Shown: positions 9,247 to 18,042, numbered from the stretch's first letter. The stretch is 64,000 nt of DNA from Candidatus Acidiferrales bacterium (GCA_052146315.1 JBKQNJ010000095.1:33364-97363), one strand, 5' to 3'. Notes: generated by a model from the sequence alone, not told the origin. A program made the numbers and translations.

Positions 9247-10314
9247 CTAATCAGAGTCAGTTTCAAGGATGCGGCGGGGGCGCTTCGCGGGAAGGCCCGC
9301 CTGGCGAACCTTGTAGAGCAGGGCGCGGTAGCTGATTTTCAATACTTCGGCGGCCTTGCGGCGATTCCACTGATTGGCCTGGAGCACCCTCAGGATCACA
9401 TCGCGCTCCATGCGGCGCGTGGCTTCCTGAGCGATGCGCTTGAGAGGAATATTGCCATCGGGCGTCGGTTCGTAGCTGAAGCGGGCGGGAGCGGACTCCA
9501 CCCGCTCGGCGTAGAACGAGTCTTCCGAGCCGAGGACGACGTAGCGAGCCACGCAGTTTTCGAGTTCACGGACATTGCCGGGCCAATCCCGCTGCTGAAG
9601 CAGGTGAATCGTTTCTTTCGAGAGCGGCGCGGCATCGCGCTGGAAGCGGCGATTGAACACGCCGCGGAGGTATTCGGCGAGATACGGAATGTCGGAGCGG
9701 CGTTCGCGAAGTGCCGGCAGCGTGATGCTGATCACGTTGATGCGGTAGAAAAGATCCGAGCGAAACCCCCCGCTTTCGATTTCCTTCTGGAGCCGGCGAT
9801 TCGTCGCGCAGATCACGCGCGCGTCCAGACGCTTTTCGTCGTGGCCGCCGATGCGCATGAAGTGGCCGTCCTGCAGAACGTGGAGGAGTTTGGCTTGCAG
9901 GCCGGAATCGATCTCTGCAATTTCGTCCATGAAGAGCGTGCCGCCCTGCGCCGTCTCCATGCGGCCGGGCTTATCGGCGTGCGCGCCCGTGAAAGCGCCC
10001 CTTTGAAAGCCGAAGAGCTCGCTTTCGATAAGCGCCCCGGGAATCGCCGGGCAATTGACTTTGACGAAGGGGCCATTTCGCCAAGGCGATTGGTTGTGGA
10101 TAAACCGCGCGAGGATTTCCTTGCCTGTGCCGCTTTCACCCAGGATGAGTATTGGTACGTTCAGTCCCGCGGCTCGTTCCACTTTTTGACGGACGGACTG
10201 CATTGCCGCCGATGGACCGAAATAGATGGATTCTGGCGGCACTTCGGCCTGATACGCTACGGTGTCGGTTCTTATGGGCGCGACAGAGGCCATCGACTGA
10301 AGTGCATTGCACAT
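9247..10314 (-). CDS. sigma-54-dependent transcriptional activator (bEBP) lacking an N-terminal sensory/receiver domain
   Basis: Walker A GESGTGKE, the sigma-54 contact loop GAFTGA, Walker B LFMDEI, WPGNVRELEN, and a C-terminal Fis-type HTH (AAEVLKISYRALLYKV). Only about 45 residues precede the AAA+ core. Confidence 0.85.
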   Translation of the reverse strand: MCNALQSMASVAPIRTDTVAYQAEVPPESIYFGPSAAMQSVRQKVERAAGLNVPILILGESGTGKEILARFIHNQSPWRNGPFVKVNCPAIPGALIESELFGFQRGAFTGAHADKPGRMETAQGGTLFMDEIAEIDSGLQAKLLHVLQDGHFMRIGGHDEKRLDARVICATNRRLQKEIESGGFRSDLFYRINVISITLPALRERRSDIPYLAEYLRGVFNRRFQRDAAPLSKETIHLLQQRDWPGNVRELENCVARYVVLGSEDSFYAERVESAPARFSYEPTPDGNIPLKRIAQEATRRMERDVILRVLQANQWNRRKAAEVLKISYRALLYKVRQAGLPAKRPRRILETDSD

Positions 10315-10689
10315 CGAACGCCAAAAGCGGGACAGATTGCGCTCTGCACACCCCGGCCGTCGACCACGCGAAAATCCTCGTGTAGAGCGCGCTTTTAAAG
10401 GGAGACGTGACTGCGTTGTCGTGGCCGGCAGCTAGGCCGATCCGGTCCATTCAGACGAGACCCTGAAAATCATTAGCACTTTGGGGAAGGACTGTTCCAA
10501 CTATAGTTCCAGTACTCCGCAGGGGAAAGGTTGAGCCGACAGTGGTTTAGCAATCCCAATCCGTAATTGTACGTTCGTGAACTTTCGTTCGCGGAGGTTC
10601 TTCGCCAGGGAAGATGGGCTGAAGGAAACTGCTGGCCATAGGGAGGAGAACGCGAGGGGGCGGCCGCAATGCTGCGTTCTCCAAGGCTT

Positions 10690-11031
10690 TCAGGCGCGCG
10701 AGTTTTCGCCGCGAATGATATCGTAGCGCTCGATCACCGCGGCAATTCCAATAGGTTCCTGATCGTCCGTGGCGGAGCGCCGATCGACGCGAACGACGCG
10801 CCCGTGAGCGCGCACGAAAACTTCCGTGCCGCGCGTGATTTCCGCAGGCAGCGTAAGTGTGAAATCCAGCTCGGTGCCGGGGGCGAGATCGTTTTCCACG
10901 GTGAAGTAAACACCACGTGTGGAAATATCCCGTGTCTGGCCGCTGTGGGATCTCGGTTCCCGATTAATTGGCAGGCGGACGTTCACCGGTAGCGAAAGAT
11001 CGTACCGGCGTGCCATTCGACGTTCCGTCAT
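10690..11031 (-). CDS. PilZ domain protein (c-di-GMP receptor-like)
   Basis: RRMARRYDL (RxxxR) and TRDISTRGVYF (DxSxxG). The ATG at 11029-11031 is preceded by AAGGAG. The longer track ORF (to 11091) would overlap the predicted promoter. Confidence 0.75.
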   Translation of the reverse strand: MTERRMARRYDLSLPVNVRLPINREPRSHSGQTRDISTRGVYFTVENDLAPGTELDFTLTLPAEITRGTEVFVRAHGRVVRVDRRSATDDQEPIGIAAVIERYDIIRGENSRA

Positions 11032-11086
11032 CCGTGCGGCTCCTTGAACGCTGGAATTAAGATACACGGCTCCCCCGCAAAAGAGG

Positions 11087-11102
11087 AGCAATCGCTATAC
11101 CA
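11087..11102 (-). promoter_or_regulatory. candidate sigma-54 (-24/-12) promoter for the PilZ gene
   Basis: The minus strand reads TGGTATAGCGATTGCT. GG and GC have the exact consensus spacing of TGGCACG-N4-TTGCW. It lies about 55 nt upstream of the ATG at 11031. Confidence 0.5.
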
Positions 11103-11435
11103 AAGCTTCACTTATCGGGTGGTGCCGGCCCTTGGGGCGCCATGCCGGCCGCTCGCGATCACTCGAGCAACAACCCCTTTTACGACAACAAGCATCGTCG
11201 CGCGATACATGACCACCAGAACCCGATTCGCGCGAAAAGATGGTTGTGCGCGGCCCCTATCGGAGCGGAATACTAGAACAAGGCAAGGTCAAATGGGTAG
11301 TGCTATTTCGCTGCGTGTGCCCAAGATATGCAACAATTTACCTCAACTCATGGCACACGTACCAGGACCTCCAAATGAACGAAGGCCGCAGGGCCGCCAT
11401 TCCCCATAATCTTCGCCAAGAGTTCCTTCGCGGCG

Positions 11436-12953
11436 CTAAGAGCTGCGAACCACCGCGGGGGCGTCTTCCTTCGCGCTCTCTTTTTCTTTCGCTGCCTCTT
11501 TTGCGGCGGCAGCAGTTTTGGCGGCTTCCCGGGCCGCGGCCGAGCGCGAGCCGCGTCCTGAATCCAGATTGAACGCGCGCATTTTGTAGAGCAGCGCTTT
11601 GTAGCTGATTCCCAGCATGCGCGCGGCATCCTTGCGGCACCAGTTCGTTTTCTCGAGCGCGTCGGCGATCGCTTCCATTTCCGCTTCGTCCTTCAAGCCG
11701 CGCACCAGCGCCTTGAGGCCTTGTTCTTTAGGCGCGGCCGTCGTTTCCTGTTGAGGAACGACGCGCTGTTGCTGCCCGGTCATTTCGAGCAGCTCGCGGA
11801 AGCTGCCTTCGTCATCCTCGAGGATCACGTAGCGCTTGACGAAATTCTCGAGCTCGCGCAAGTTGCCGGGCCACGAATAGCGCAGCGCGGCTTCGAGAAG
11901 ATGCTTCGACGGCTCCGGCGCCCCTTTCTGATACTTCTCGCTGTATTTCGCGAGGAAGTGGCGGAAGAGCAGCGGAATTTCGGCGGTGCGCTCGCGCAGC
12001 GGCGGGATGTGGATCGAGAGCACGTTGAGACGATAGTAGAGATCCTCTCGGAAGCGGCCCGTTTTCATGGCCTCCTTCACGTCCATGTTGGTGGCGGCCA
12101 GCACGCGCACGTCGACGTTGACGACCGCGCGAGCGCCGAGGCGCGAATACTGGCCGTCCTGCAGGACGTGCAGGAGCTTCGCCTGAAGGTGCGGGCTCAT
12201 TTCGGCGATCTCGTCGAGAAAGATGGTGCCCTTGTTCGCGAGCTCGAATTTGCCGGGCTTCGAACGCACGGCGCCCGTGAACGCGCCCTGCTCGTAGCCG
12301 AAAAGCTCGGATTCGAGAAGTTCGCCGGGCAGCGCCGCGCAATTCACCTTGACGAAAGCCTGCTGGCGGCGCAGCGAGCGGAGATGCACCATTCGCGCGA
12401 CGACTTCTTTTCCCACACCGCTTTCGCCGCTGAGAAACACGGGCACGTCGACCGGCGCGATCTGCAGAATCTGCTGGCGAATCTTGAGCATCTGCGGGCT
12501 GGCGGCGAGGAATGAAATATCCTCGGTGAGGGCCTCGCAGTATTCGCGCAGCGCCTGATTCTCGGTGCGGAGTTCTTTTTTCTGGCGGCACTTGAGGAAA
12601 GCGGCATCGAGCTCGGGCTTCTCGAAAGGCTTCGTCAGATAGTCGAGCGCGCCGAGACGGATCGCTTCGACGACGGTGGTGACCTCGTTCAAGCAGGAGA
12701 GCATCAGGACGTTGAGCGAGCGATCCATCTGCATCAACTGGCGGAGCGTTTCGAGCCCGTCGATTTCGGGCATCAGCACGTCGAGGATGATGAAGTCGGG
12801 ACGCTCGCCGCGGCCGACGCGCGCCAGCGCTTCCTTGCCGCTGGTGACGGCTTCCACGTCGAACCCGTCCACCTCAAGCAGCGTTTGAAGATATTTCCTG
12901 ATACTCGGTTCATCATCGACGATCAGGATCTTTTCTTTGTGTGCCATCGGCAT
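11436..12953 (-). CDS. NtrC-family sigma-54-dependent response regulator
   Basis: Receiver (ILIVDDEPSIR ... FIILDVLMPEIDG), AAA+ core (GESGVGKE, GAFTGA, IFLDEI, WPGNLRELEN) and Fis HTH (AARMLGISYKALLYKM), followed by an Ala/Lys/Glu-rich tail. Confidence 0.9.
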   Translation of the reverse strand: MPMAHKEKILIVDDEPSIRKYLQTLLEVDGFDVEAVTSGKEALARVGRGERPDFIILDVLMPEIDGLETLRQLMQMDRSLNVLMLSCLNEVTTVVEAIRLGALDYLTKPFEKPELDAAFLKCRQKKELRTENQALREYCEALTEDISFLAASPQMLKIRQQILQIAPVDVPVFLSGESGVGKEVVARMVHLRSLRRQQAFVKVNCAALPGELLESELFGYEQGAFTGAVRSKPGKFELANKGTIFLDEIAEMSPHLQAKLLHVLQDGQYSRLGARAVVNVDVRVLAATNMDVKEAMKTGRFREDLYYRLNVLSIHIPPLRERTAEIPLLFRHFLAKYSEKYQKGAPEPSKHLLEAALRYSWPGNLRELENFVKRYVILEDDEGSFRELLEMTGQQQRVVPQQETTAAPKEQGLKALVRGLKDEAEMEAIADALEKTNWCRKDAARMLGISYKALLYKMRAFNLDSGRGSRSAAAREAAKTAAAAKEAAKEKESAKEDAPAVVRSS

Positions 12954-12980
12954 CCCTATGGAGCGATTGTTCCGCTCATC

Positions 12981-14309
12981 CTATTCCACATCGGTAGGCA
13001 GCAGGAAGGAAAAAGAGCTTCCGCGTCCCGGTTCGCTATCGACCCAGATTTTTCCGCGATGAGCCTGGATCAATCGTTTCGTGATTGCCAATCCCAAGCC
13101 CATGCCCGAAGACGAAGGATCGACGCGTACAAATTCTTCGAAGATTTCCTGATGGAACTCGGCCGCAATCCCGTGACCCGTGTCCGTGACTGAAATCAAC
13201 ACGCTATTGGCCTTGGCGGGGGTGCTGCGGCGCCGCTCCTGCGACGGAGACGCGTCCGAAATGCGCCGCTCCCAGAAATGCGGCTGCGCGCGCAACGTCA
13301 CCAAGCCCGTGGCGGGCGTGTGCTTGAGCGCGTTGTCGAGCAGATTGAAGATGCACTGCTGCACCTTCTGGTAATCGAATTTGAAGAGCGGAAGATCGGG
13401 ATGCACCTGCACGTCGAGGCGCACGCTGGCGCGCTGAAACGCGTCGCCCCAACGGCTCGCCAGATCGTTGATGCAGTCGCGGAGATCGTTTTCGCAAAGC
13501 TGCAGAACGAGTTTGCCGCTCTCGAGCGCCGAATAGTTGAGGAACATCGAGACGAGGCGCACGAGGCGATCGCAGCTCTCCTTCGATTCGCGCAAAATGT
13601 CCTGCTGGCGCTCGCTGAGTTTTCCGAGCGAACCCGAAAGCAGCAGGTCGTAATAGCCCTTCATCACCGCGAGCGGCGTTTTCAATTCGTGCGCGGCGGA
13701 GCCGAGCAGCACGGTCTTCTGGCGATTGGCCTCCTGCAGGCGCAGGTAGGCGGCCAGAAGATTCCTGTACGTAATCTCGCGCTCCTGCATCAGTTCCTGG
13801 ACGGTCTGGCGCATCTGCGTCTCGTCAGCAGAGACTTCTTGGGGGAGCGCCTCGATGTAGACGGCGAGCCAGTCGGGCTCCGGGAGCCAGCGGATACGCG
13901 CGACGGCCTTGCCCTGGCCGGCTTCGATCGGGAGCAGCACGTCCTGCTTGCCTCGTTCCAGCTGGCTTAGAATTTCCTTGCCATCGGCGTTAAGAATGTC
14001 TCGAAAGAGGTTCGGGTCGGGCTTGGCGCTCCACGCGAGGGGGTTCAACGCGTTCTGCGCATGGAGATTCGTGAAGACAATCAGTCCCGCGCGGTCGGAA
14101 ACAAGCAAGGGGCGATCCAAAGCATCGAGCAGACTAGCGACTGCTTGAAAACTTACCTGATCACTCGTTTGCTTTTCAGCCGCTGCCGTACTTTTGGCCA
14201 ACTCGCCCTCCACCGGCTCCGGGAACGAGCAAAGACACCACTCGAATCCTTGTCTCAGAGAATCGAGTGGGAATGGGCTCGAAGGTTTGTATGCTCGCAA
14301 AGGCGCCAA
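12981..14309 (-). CDS. sensor histidine kinase (soluble, PAS-like N-terminus)
   Basis: H-box SAAHELKTPLAV, N-box NLLDNALKHTP, G-boxes VTDTGHGI and GMGLGLAI. No obvious transmembrane segment. Lies 27 nt upstream of the NtrC-type RR gene, so probably an operon. Confidence 0.85.
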   Translation of the reverse strand: MAPLRAYKPSSPFPLDSLRQGFEWCLCSFPEPVEGELAKSTAAAEKQTSDQVSFQAVASLLDALDRPLLVSDRAGLIVFTNLHAQNALNPLAWSAKPDPNLFRDILNADGKEILSQLERGKQDVLLPIEAGQGKAVARIRWLPEPDWLAVYIEALPQEVSADETQMRQTVQELMQEREITYRNLLAAYLRLQEANRQKTVLLGSAAHELKTPLAVMKGYYDLLLSGSLGKLSERQQDILRESKESCDRLVRLVSMFLNYSALESGKLVLQLCENDLRDCINDLASRWGDAFQRASVRLDVQVHPDLPLFKFDYQKVQQCIFNLLDNALKHTPATGLVTLRAQPHFWERRISDASPSQERRRSTPAKANSVLISVTDTGHGIAAEFHQEIFEEFVRVDPSSSGMGLGLAITKRLIQAHRGKIWVDSEPGRGSSFSFLLPTDVE

Positions 14310-14461
14310 ATAGAGTCAATGGTAAAAGCGTCCTAGCGTTTGCACAAACGTGGAAATGAATTGCAGTAAACCGGAACATTTCAAAGGCTATACGGGGTGA
14401 GTCCATTCGCACGGCTTAGGCATCTAACTGAAAAGGAGCGGTTTACGAAAGCGGAATGGAG

Positions 14462-14477
14462 GGGTAGAGAACTTGCA
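14462..14477 (+). promoter_or_regulatory. weak candidate sigma-54 promoter upstream of the second PilZ gene
   Basis: GGGTAGAGAACTTGCA: GG (14463-64) and GC (14475-76) are correctly spaced and the -12 element TTGCA is good. The -24 flank is poor. It lies 43 nt before the ATG at 14520. Confidence 0.35.
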
Positions 14478-14519
14478 GAGGAAGGGGCAGCCCAACGGAG
14501 TACTAATACTCGGGTACCA

Positions 14520-14876
14520 ATGAGCGTACGAGAAAACATCGTGCAGCAGAAGGTTGCGCAGTCTTACGACGATCGGCGCCGATTCCATCGGATCCACCTC
14601 CAGGTGCCGCTCTTCATCCGTGGTAAGGATGCTCACGGGGAGCAGTTTATGGAGTTGTGTAAGACGCTTGATATCAGTGGATTAGGGGCCTTCGTCATCT
14701 GTCCGCGCTCCCTCACGATCAACGACATCATTATCCTGACGATCCCGGCTCCTTCAATCATCTCATCGGGCCTGGTGCCAGCCGGGATGCCTCCGATCCA
14801 AGCCAGGGTCAAGCGGCAACAGGAAGCCGGCGAAGCACACCTCGTAGGCGTCGAGTTCCTGAAGCCTATTGGGTAG
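14520..14876 (+). CDS. PilZ domain protein
   Basis: DDRRRFHRIHL (RxxxR) and TLDISGLGAFV (DxSxxG). I chose the ATG at 14520 (MSVRENIV...). Confidence 0.7.
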   Translation: MSVRENIVQQKVAQSYDDRRRFHRIHLQVPLFIRGKDAHGEQFMELCKTLDISGLGAFVICPRSLTINDIIILTIPAPSIISSGLVPAGMPPIQARVKRQQEAGEAHLVGVEFLKPIG

Positions 14877-15046
14877 GAAGTTTTCCACAGGCTGGGCGTT
14901 GCCCATTCGCGGCACAGCTCCGACCCGAAATGGAAGGGCTTTTCCATCCATGTTCGCCTCCGCTTGCAACCCTTGGGGGCGATCAAATAATCTACGTATT
15001 GGCAGCGACTTAGGACCGAGCCCCGGGTTATATTCTTGTCCGGGAT

Positions 15047-15062
15047 TGGACTGTCCCTTGCT
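15047..15062 (+). promoter_or_regulatory. candidate sigma-54 promoter upstream of the GGDEF-PilZ gene
   Basis: TGGACTGTCCCTTGCT: GG at 15048-49 and GC at 15060-61 have exact consensus spacing. It lies 58-76 nt before the possible starts (TTG 15120 / ATG 15138). Confidence 0.5.
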
Positions 15063-15119
15063 ACAGTGATACCGCCCCGCAGGTGTCCTGGATACAGGAT
15101 AAACTAGACGTACGTTCGC

Positions 15120-16439
15120 TTGACTCGGAACTCATTGATGCCCCAGCCAGCCGACGCTTCGCCGTCGCAGCCATCGGCGGACGATTCTTTCTTGGACCTG
15201 CTGGTCGAGACCCTCGAGGGTCTCGACGAGACGGTGCGCGGACAATTCCTCCGCCAGTTTTTCCATACCATCGCGAAAATCGATTTGCCCGAACCGCAGA
15301 GCAACGATTACTGGCAGCGGATTCTGCAGCGGCGCCGGGAACTTTCCGAAAGCCTCGGCAGAAAAGTGGCGCTGGCCACGGCTATGGTCGACGTGCTGTC
15401 GTCGACCAATTTTATTCGCGTGCCGATCGTGATGGAGTACGACGAACTCAAGAAGCTCCAGATCAACGCGGCCACGGATCCTCTGACCGGGCTCTACAAC
15501 CGGCGGCTCTTTGACGAATATTGCGACAAGGAGCTGAACCGCGCGAAACGCTACGGCCAGCATCTCGCCATCGTGATTCTGGATCTTCACCGGCTCAAGG
15601 AAGTGAACGACCGGCACGGGCATCTGCGCGGGGATCAGATGTTGCAGCTCGCGGCGACCACTCTGCGCAAGACGCTGCGCGCCGCCGACTTCGCCTTCCG
15701 CATCGGCGGCGATGAATTTGTGCTGCTCCTGCCGCAGACCGATACCGAGCAGGCCGTCACGCTGTGCCGCCGCGTCCGTTCGCTCTATGAGAGCGACGTG
15801 GTCTCGCTTAAGCTCGAAGTTGGCGTGACGCTCGATTTCGGCGTCGCCGTGCATCCGCAGGATGGCGATCAGAAAAGCGATCTGCTGCGCACGGCGGACG
15901 AGCGGCTCTACGAGCTCAAGCGCTCGGGCCACGCTCCGCGCGTGGTTCCCATCGAGACGCATCCGGCTCGCGAAAGCGCTCCGGCTGCTGCGCCGAAAGC
16001 TCCCGCCGCGCCGCCCGCGGTGGCTCCGCCGCCGAGGGCTCCCGCCGCGGTGCCTCCCCCTGTTCCGCCAAATGTTCCGCCCAGCGCGGCTGTGCCGCCT
16101 GCGCAACCTGCGGCACCGCGTTCACCAGCGCCACCGTCTCCGCCTGAACAAGCCGCCCCTCCTCCCCATTCCGAGCAGCGGAAGTGGGAACGCGTGTCGC
16201 TCGGCGGCACGAAAGCGCACGCCGTGCTGACGGATGTGGGCCAGAAAACCGCAAAGGTGATCGACCTGAGCTACGGCGGCGTGGCGCTGCTGTTCGAAAA
16301 GGAAGAAGACCTCCCGGCCCAGTTTCACGCCGTCCTTCACGTGCCGATTCTTCCGCCGGTCCGCGTGATCCTACGCAAGTCCTACGTGCTTTCGGCCGAC
16401 GACGGCCGCATGCGCGTCGGCTGCTCCTTCGTCTCTTAG
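15120..16439 (+). CDS. diguanylate cyclase (GGDEF, with I-site) fused through a Pro/Ala-rich linker to a C-terminal PilZ domain
   Basis: DPLTGLYNRR, the RAAD I-site five residues before FRIGGDEF, and a roughly 85-aa linker (PAAPPAVAPPPRAPAAVPPPVPPNVPP...). Then QRKWERV (RxxxR) and VIDLSYGGVAL (DxSxxG). Confidence 0.85.
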   Translation: MTRNSLMPQPADASPSQPSADDSFLDLLVETLEGLDETVRGQFLRQFFHTIAKIDLPEPQSNDYWQRILQRRRELSESLGRKVALATAMVDVLSSTNFIRVPIVMEYDELKKLQINAATDPLTGLYNRRLFDEYCDKELNRAKRYGQHLAIVILDLHRLKEVNDRHGHLRGDQMLQLAATTLRKTLRAADFAFRIGGDEFVLLLPQTDTEQAVTLCRRVRSLYESDVVSLKLEVGVTLDFGVAVHPQDGDQKSDLLRTADERLYELKRSGHAPRVVPIETHPARESAPAAAPKAPAAPPAVAPPPRAPAAVPPPVPPNVPPSAAVPPAQPAAPRSPAPPSPPEQAAPPPHSEQRKWERVSLGGTKAHAVLTDVGQKTAKVIDLSYGGVALLFEKEEDLPAQFHAVLHVPILPPVRVILRKSYVLSADDGRMRVGCSFVS

Positions 16440-16525
16440 GCTTCCCGGGCATTGCTGGAAAAATCTGGCGGAGCGCGCTAAGATACAGCTTCCGTTTCCG
16501 GCCTGCCGAGTCGATTGGGCGTTCC

Positions 16526-17419
16526 ATGGCGGTTACAATTTCCTTACCTCAAACCATTTCAAAGAAGCGCGCTGGTCTTGACGTGTGGATGGAGCGCGCG
16601 CTCGACAAGGCGTCAAACATCGAGCCGGAATGGGACGCAGACGAGGTCCACGACCTGCGCGTCGCGCTGCGGCGCTGCCGGACCATGGCCGAGGCTTTGA
16701 GCGAAGTCAGCGCCAGCTCTGGCTGGCGCAAGCTCAAGAAAGCCAGCAGGGGACTCTTTCACACGCTCGGCGATCTTCGCGATACGCAGGTGCAGCGCGG
16801 CTGGGTGAAGAAGCTGGGCTCGGCGGGCGATCCGGTGCGGAAACACCTGTTGCGTCTGCTGGCTGGCGAGGAAAAGAAGCAGAAGGGACTCGCGGCGCAG
16901 GCCCTTGAGGTGTTCGATCGCAAGGAATGGAAAAAGCTTGGGCGCAAGCTGCCGGACAAGGCCGAATTTTTCCCGCTGGGGAGCGTCGTATTCCAACGGC
17001 TGGCTTTGGCGAAGCTCAACGAAGCCGTCGAGCTTTACCAGCAGGCGCGGAAAAGACGCAGCGCCGTCGCCTGGCATCGGCTACGGATCGGCCTGAAAGA
17101 ATTTCGCTACATCGTTGAGAATTTTCTGCCCGAGCGCTATGAGGTCTGGGCCGCCGATCTGAAGGTGATGCAGGATCAGCTCGGCGACGTCCACGATCTC
17201 GATGTGCTGCGCGGCAGACTGCGCAAGGAGGCTGCGAGGCTCGACGCCGCGGCCCTCGCCAAATGGATCGAGAAAATCGCCACGACGCGCAAGTCGCGGC
17301 TCGACGAATTCCTCGCGAAAGCCTCCGGTCCCGAATCGCCGTGGCTCGTTTGGCGGGCAGGATTTCAATGGGGACACGCGCTCGTCGCCGCATCCTTCCC
17401 GCAGCGCCGCACCGCATGA
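16526..17419 (+). CDS. CHAD domain protein (polyphosphate-granule-associated family)
   Basis: EVHDLRVALRRCRTMAEAL and the repeated AWHRLRIGLKEFRYIVE helices are typical of CHAD. The ATG at 16526 was chosen; the upstream part of the track ORF overlaps the GGDEF gene in another frame. Confidence 0.8.
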   Translation: MAVTISLPQTISKKRAGLDVWMERALDKASNIEPEWDADEVHDLRVALRRCRTMAEALSEVSASSGWRKLKKASRGLFHTLGDLRDTQVQRGWVKKLGSAGDPVRKHLLRLLAGEEKKQKGLAAQALEVFDRKEWKKLGRKLPDKAEFFPLGSVVFQRLALAKLNEAVELYQQARKRRSAVAWHRLRIGLKEFRYIVENFLPERYEVWAADLKVMQDQLGDVHDLDVLRGRLRKEAARLDAAALAKWIEKIATTRKSRLDEFLAKASGPESPWLVWRAGFQWGHALVAASFPQRRTA

Positions 17420-17423
17420 AGTC

Positions 17424-17487
17424 TCTAAGGTTTTCCGGGTGCCCCATCCTCGGTTTCTGAGGGTGGGGCTTTTGACTTTCCGTTTCT
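17424..17487 (+). repeat. 64-nt REP-like dispersed element, copy A
   Basis: tctaaggttttccgggtgccccatcctcggtttctgagggtggggcttttgactttccgtttct. It is near-identical to 24082-24145 (4-5 mismatches, same orientation). Confidence 0.8.
17442..17473 (+). terminator. hairpin plus T-run inside REP copy A; plausible intrinsic terminator of the CHAD gene
   Basis: CCCCATCCTC ggtttct GAGGGTGGGG forms a 10-bp stem with one G-U pair, followed by cTTTTg. It lies 23 nt after the CHAD stop, between convergent genes. Confidence 0.5.
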
Positions 17488-17544
17488 ATCGCGATAGCTC
17501 GCGGTGGAAGCGCGAGTCCTTTGAGGACACAAACGATTCGTTCG

Positions 17545-18039
17545 TCAGCCTTCCAATTTCCGCAGGAACTTGGCGGTCAGCACCCACTTCAGATTCCACC
17601 GGCTGTGCGGAGAAGCTTGTTCGAAGCACGCGGCGCCAGCCTTCTTCAATTCCGTGAACGGTCCGCGCGATCCCGCCAGCTGCGCGATCAGCAGATCGAG
17701 ATGAGGCGCGTGGCCGAAGAGCGCCACTTCCTTTGCCTTGAGGTGCGAGATCTCCTTCAAGATTTCGGCCGGATTCTGCGCGGGCTTCAGCGCGTCGCTC
17801 ACGCGAATTTTCTCCGGTGAAAAGGCGAGTGCCTCCGCGAATATTTCCGCGGTTTGCGCCGCGCGCACGTAGGGGCTCGTGATCAGCACTTCCGGTTTCG
17901 CGCTCAGCGCGCAGAACCCGAGCGCCGCTTCGCGCGTCTTTTGCACGCCGCGCGCGGTCAAAGGACGTTCCGCCTCGGCCGGCGATTTCGGATCGGTGCG
18001 GTCGACGGCGATGCCGTGGCGGACGAGATAGAGGATCAT
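17545..18039 (-). CDS. sixA: phosphohistidine phosphatase SixA-like (histidine phosphatase superfamily)
   Basis: MILYLVRHGIA ... RPLTARG ... LITSPYVRAAQTAEI ... LFGHAP. The RHG catalytic motif is at the N-terminus. Confidence 0.8.
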   Translation of the reverse strand: MILYLVRHGIAVDRTDPKSPAEAERPLTARGVQKTREAALGFCALSAKPEVLITSPYVRAAQTAEIFAEALAFSPEKIRVSDALKPAQNPAEILKEISHLKAKEVALFGHAPHLDLLIAQLAGSRGPFTELKKAGAACFEQASPHSRWNLKWVLTAKFLRKLEG

Positions 18040-18042
18040 GGT

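Noticed and set aside
11032-11091. Longer N-terminus for the PilZ protein (MLLFCGGAVYLNSS...)
   Set aside because: It would place the coding start on top of the predicted -24/-12 element and would lack an RBS. The ATG at 11031 has AAGGAG upstream.
14351-14365. TGGAAATGAATTGCA as a sigma-54 promoter for the second PilZ gene
   Set aside because: The GG-to-GC spacing is one nucleotide short of the invariant -24/-12 spacing. The correctly spaced, though weaker, site at 14462-14477 was preferred.
15132-16527. Minus-strand ORFs of 324 aa and 203 aa opposite the GGDEF-PilZ gene
   Set aside because: The plus-strand frame carries intact GGDEF, I-site and PilZ signatures. The minus-strand frames are Arg/Gly-rich shadows.
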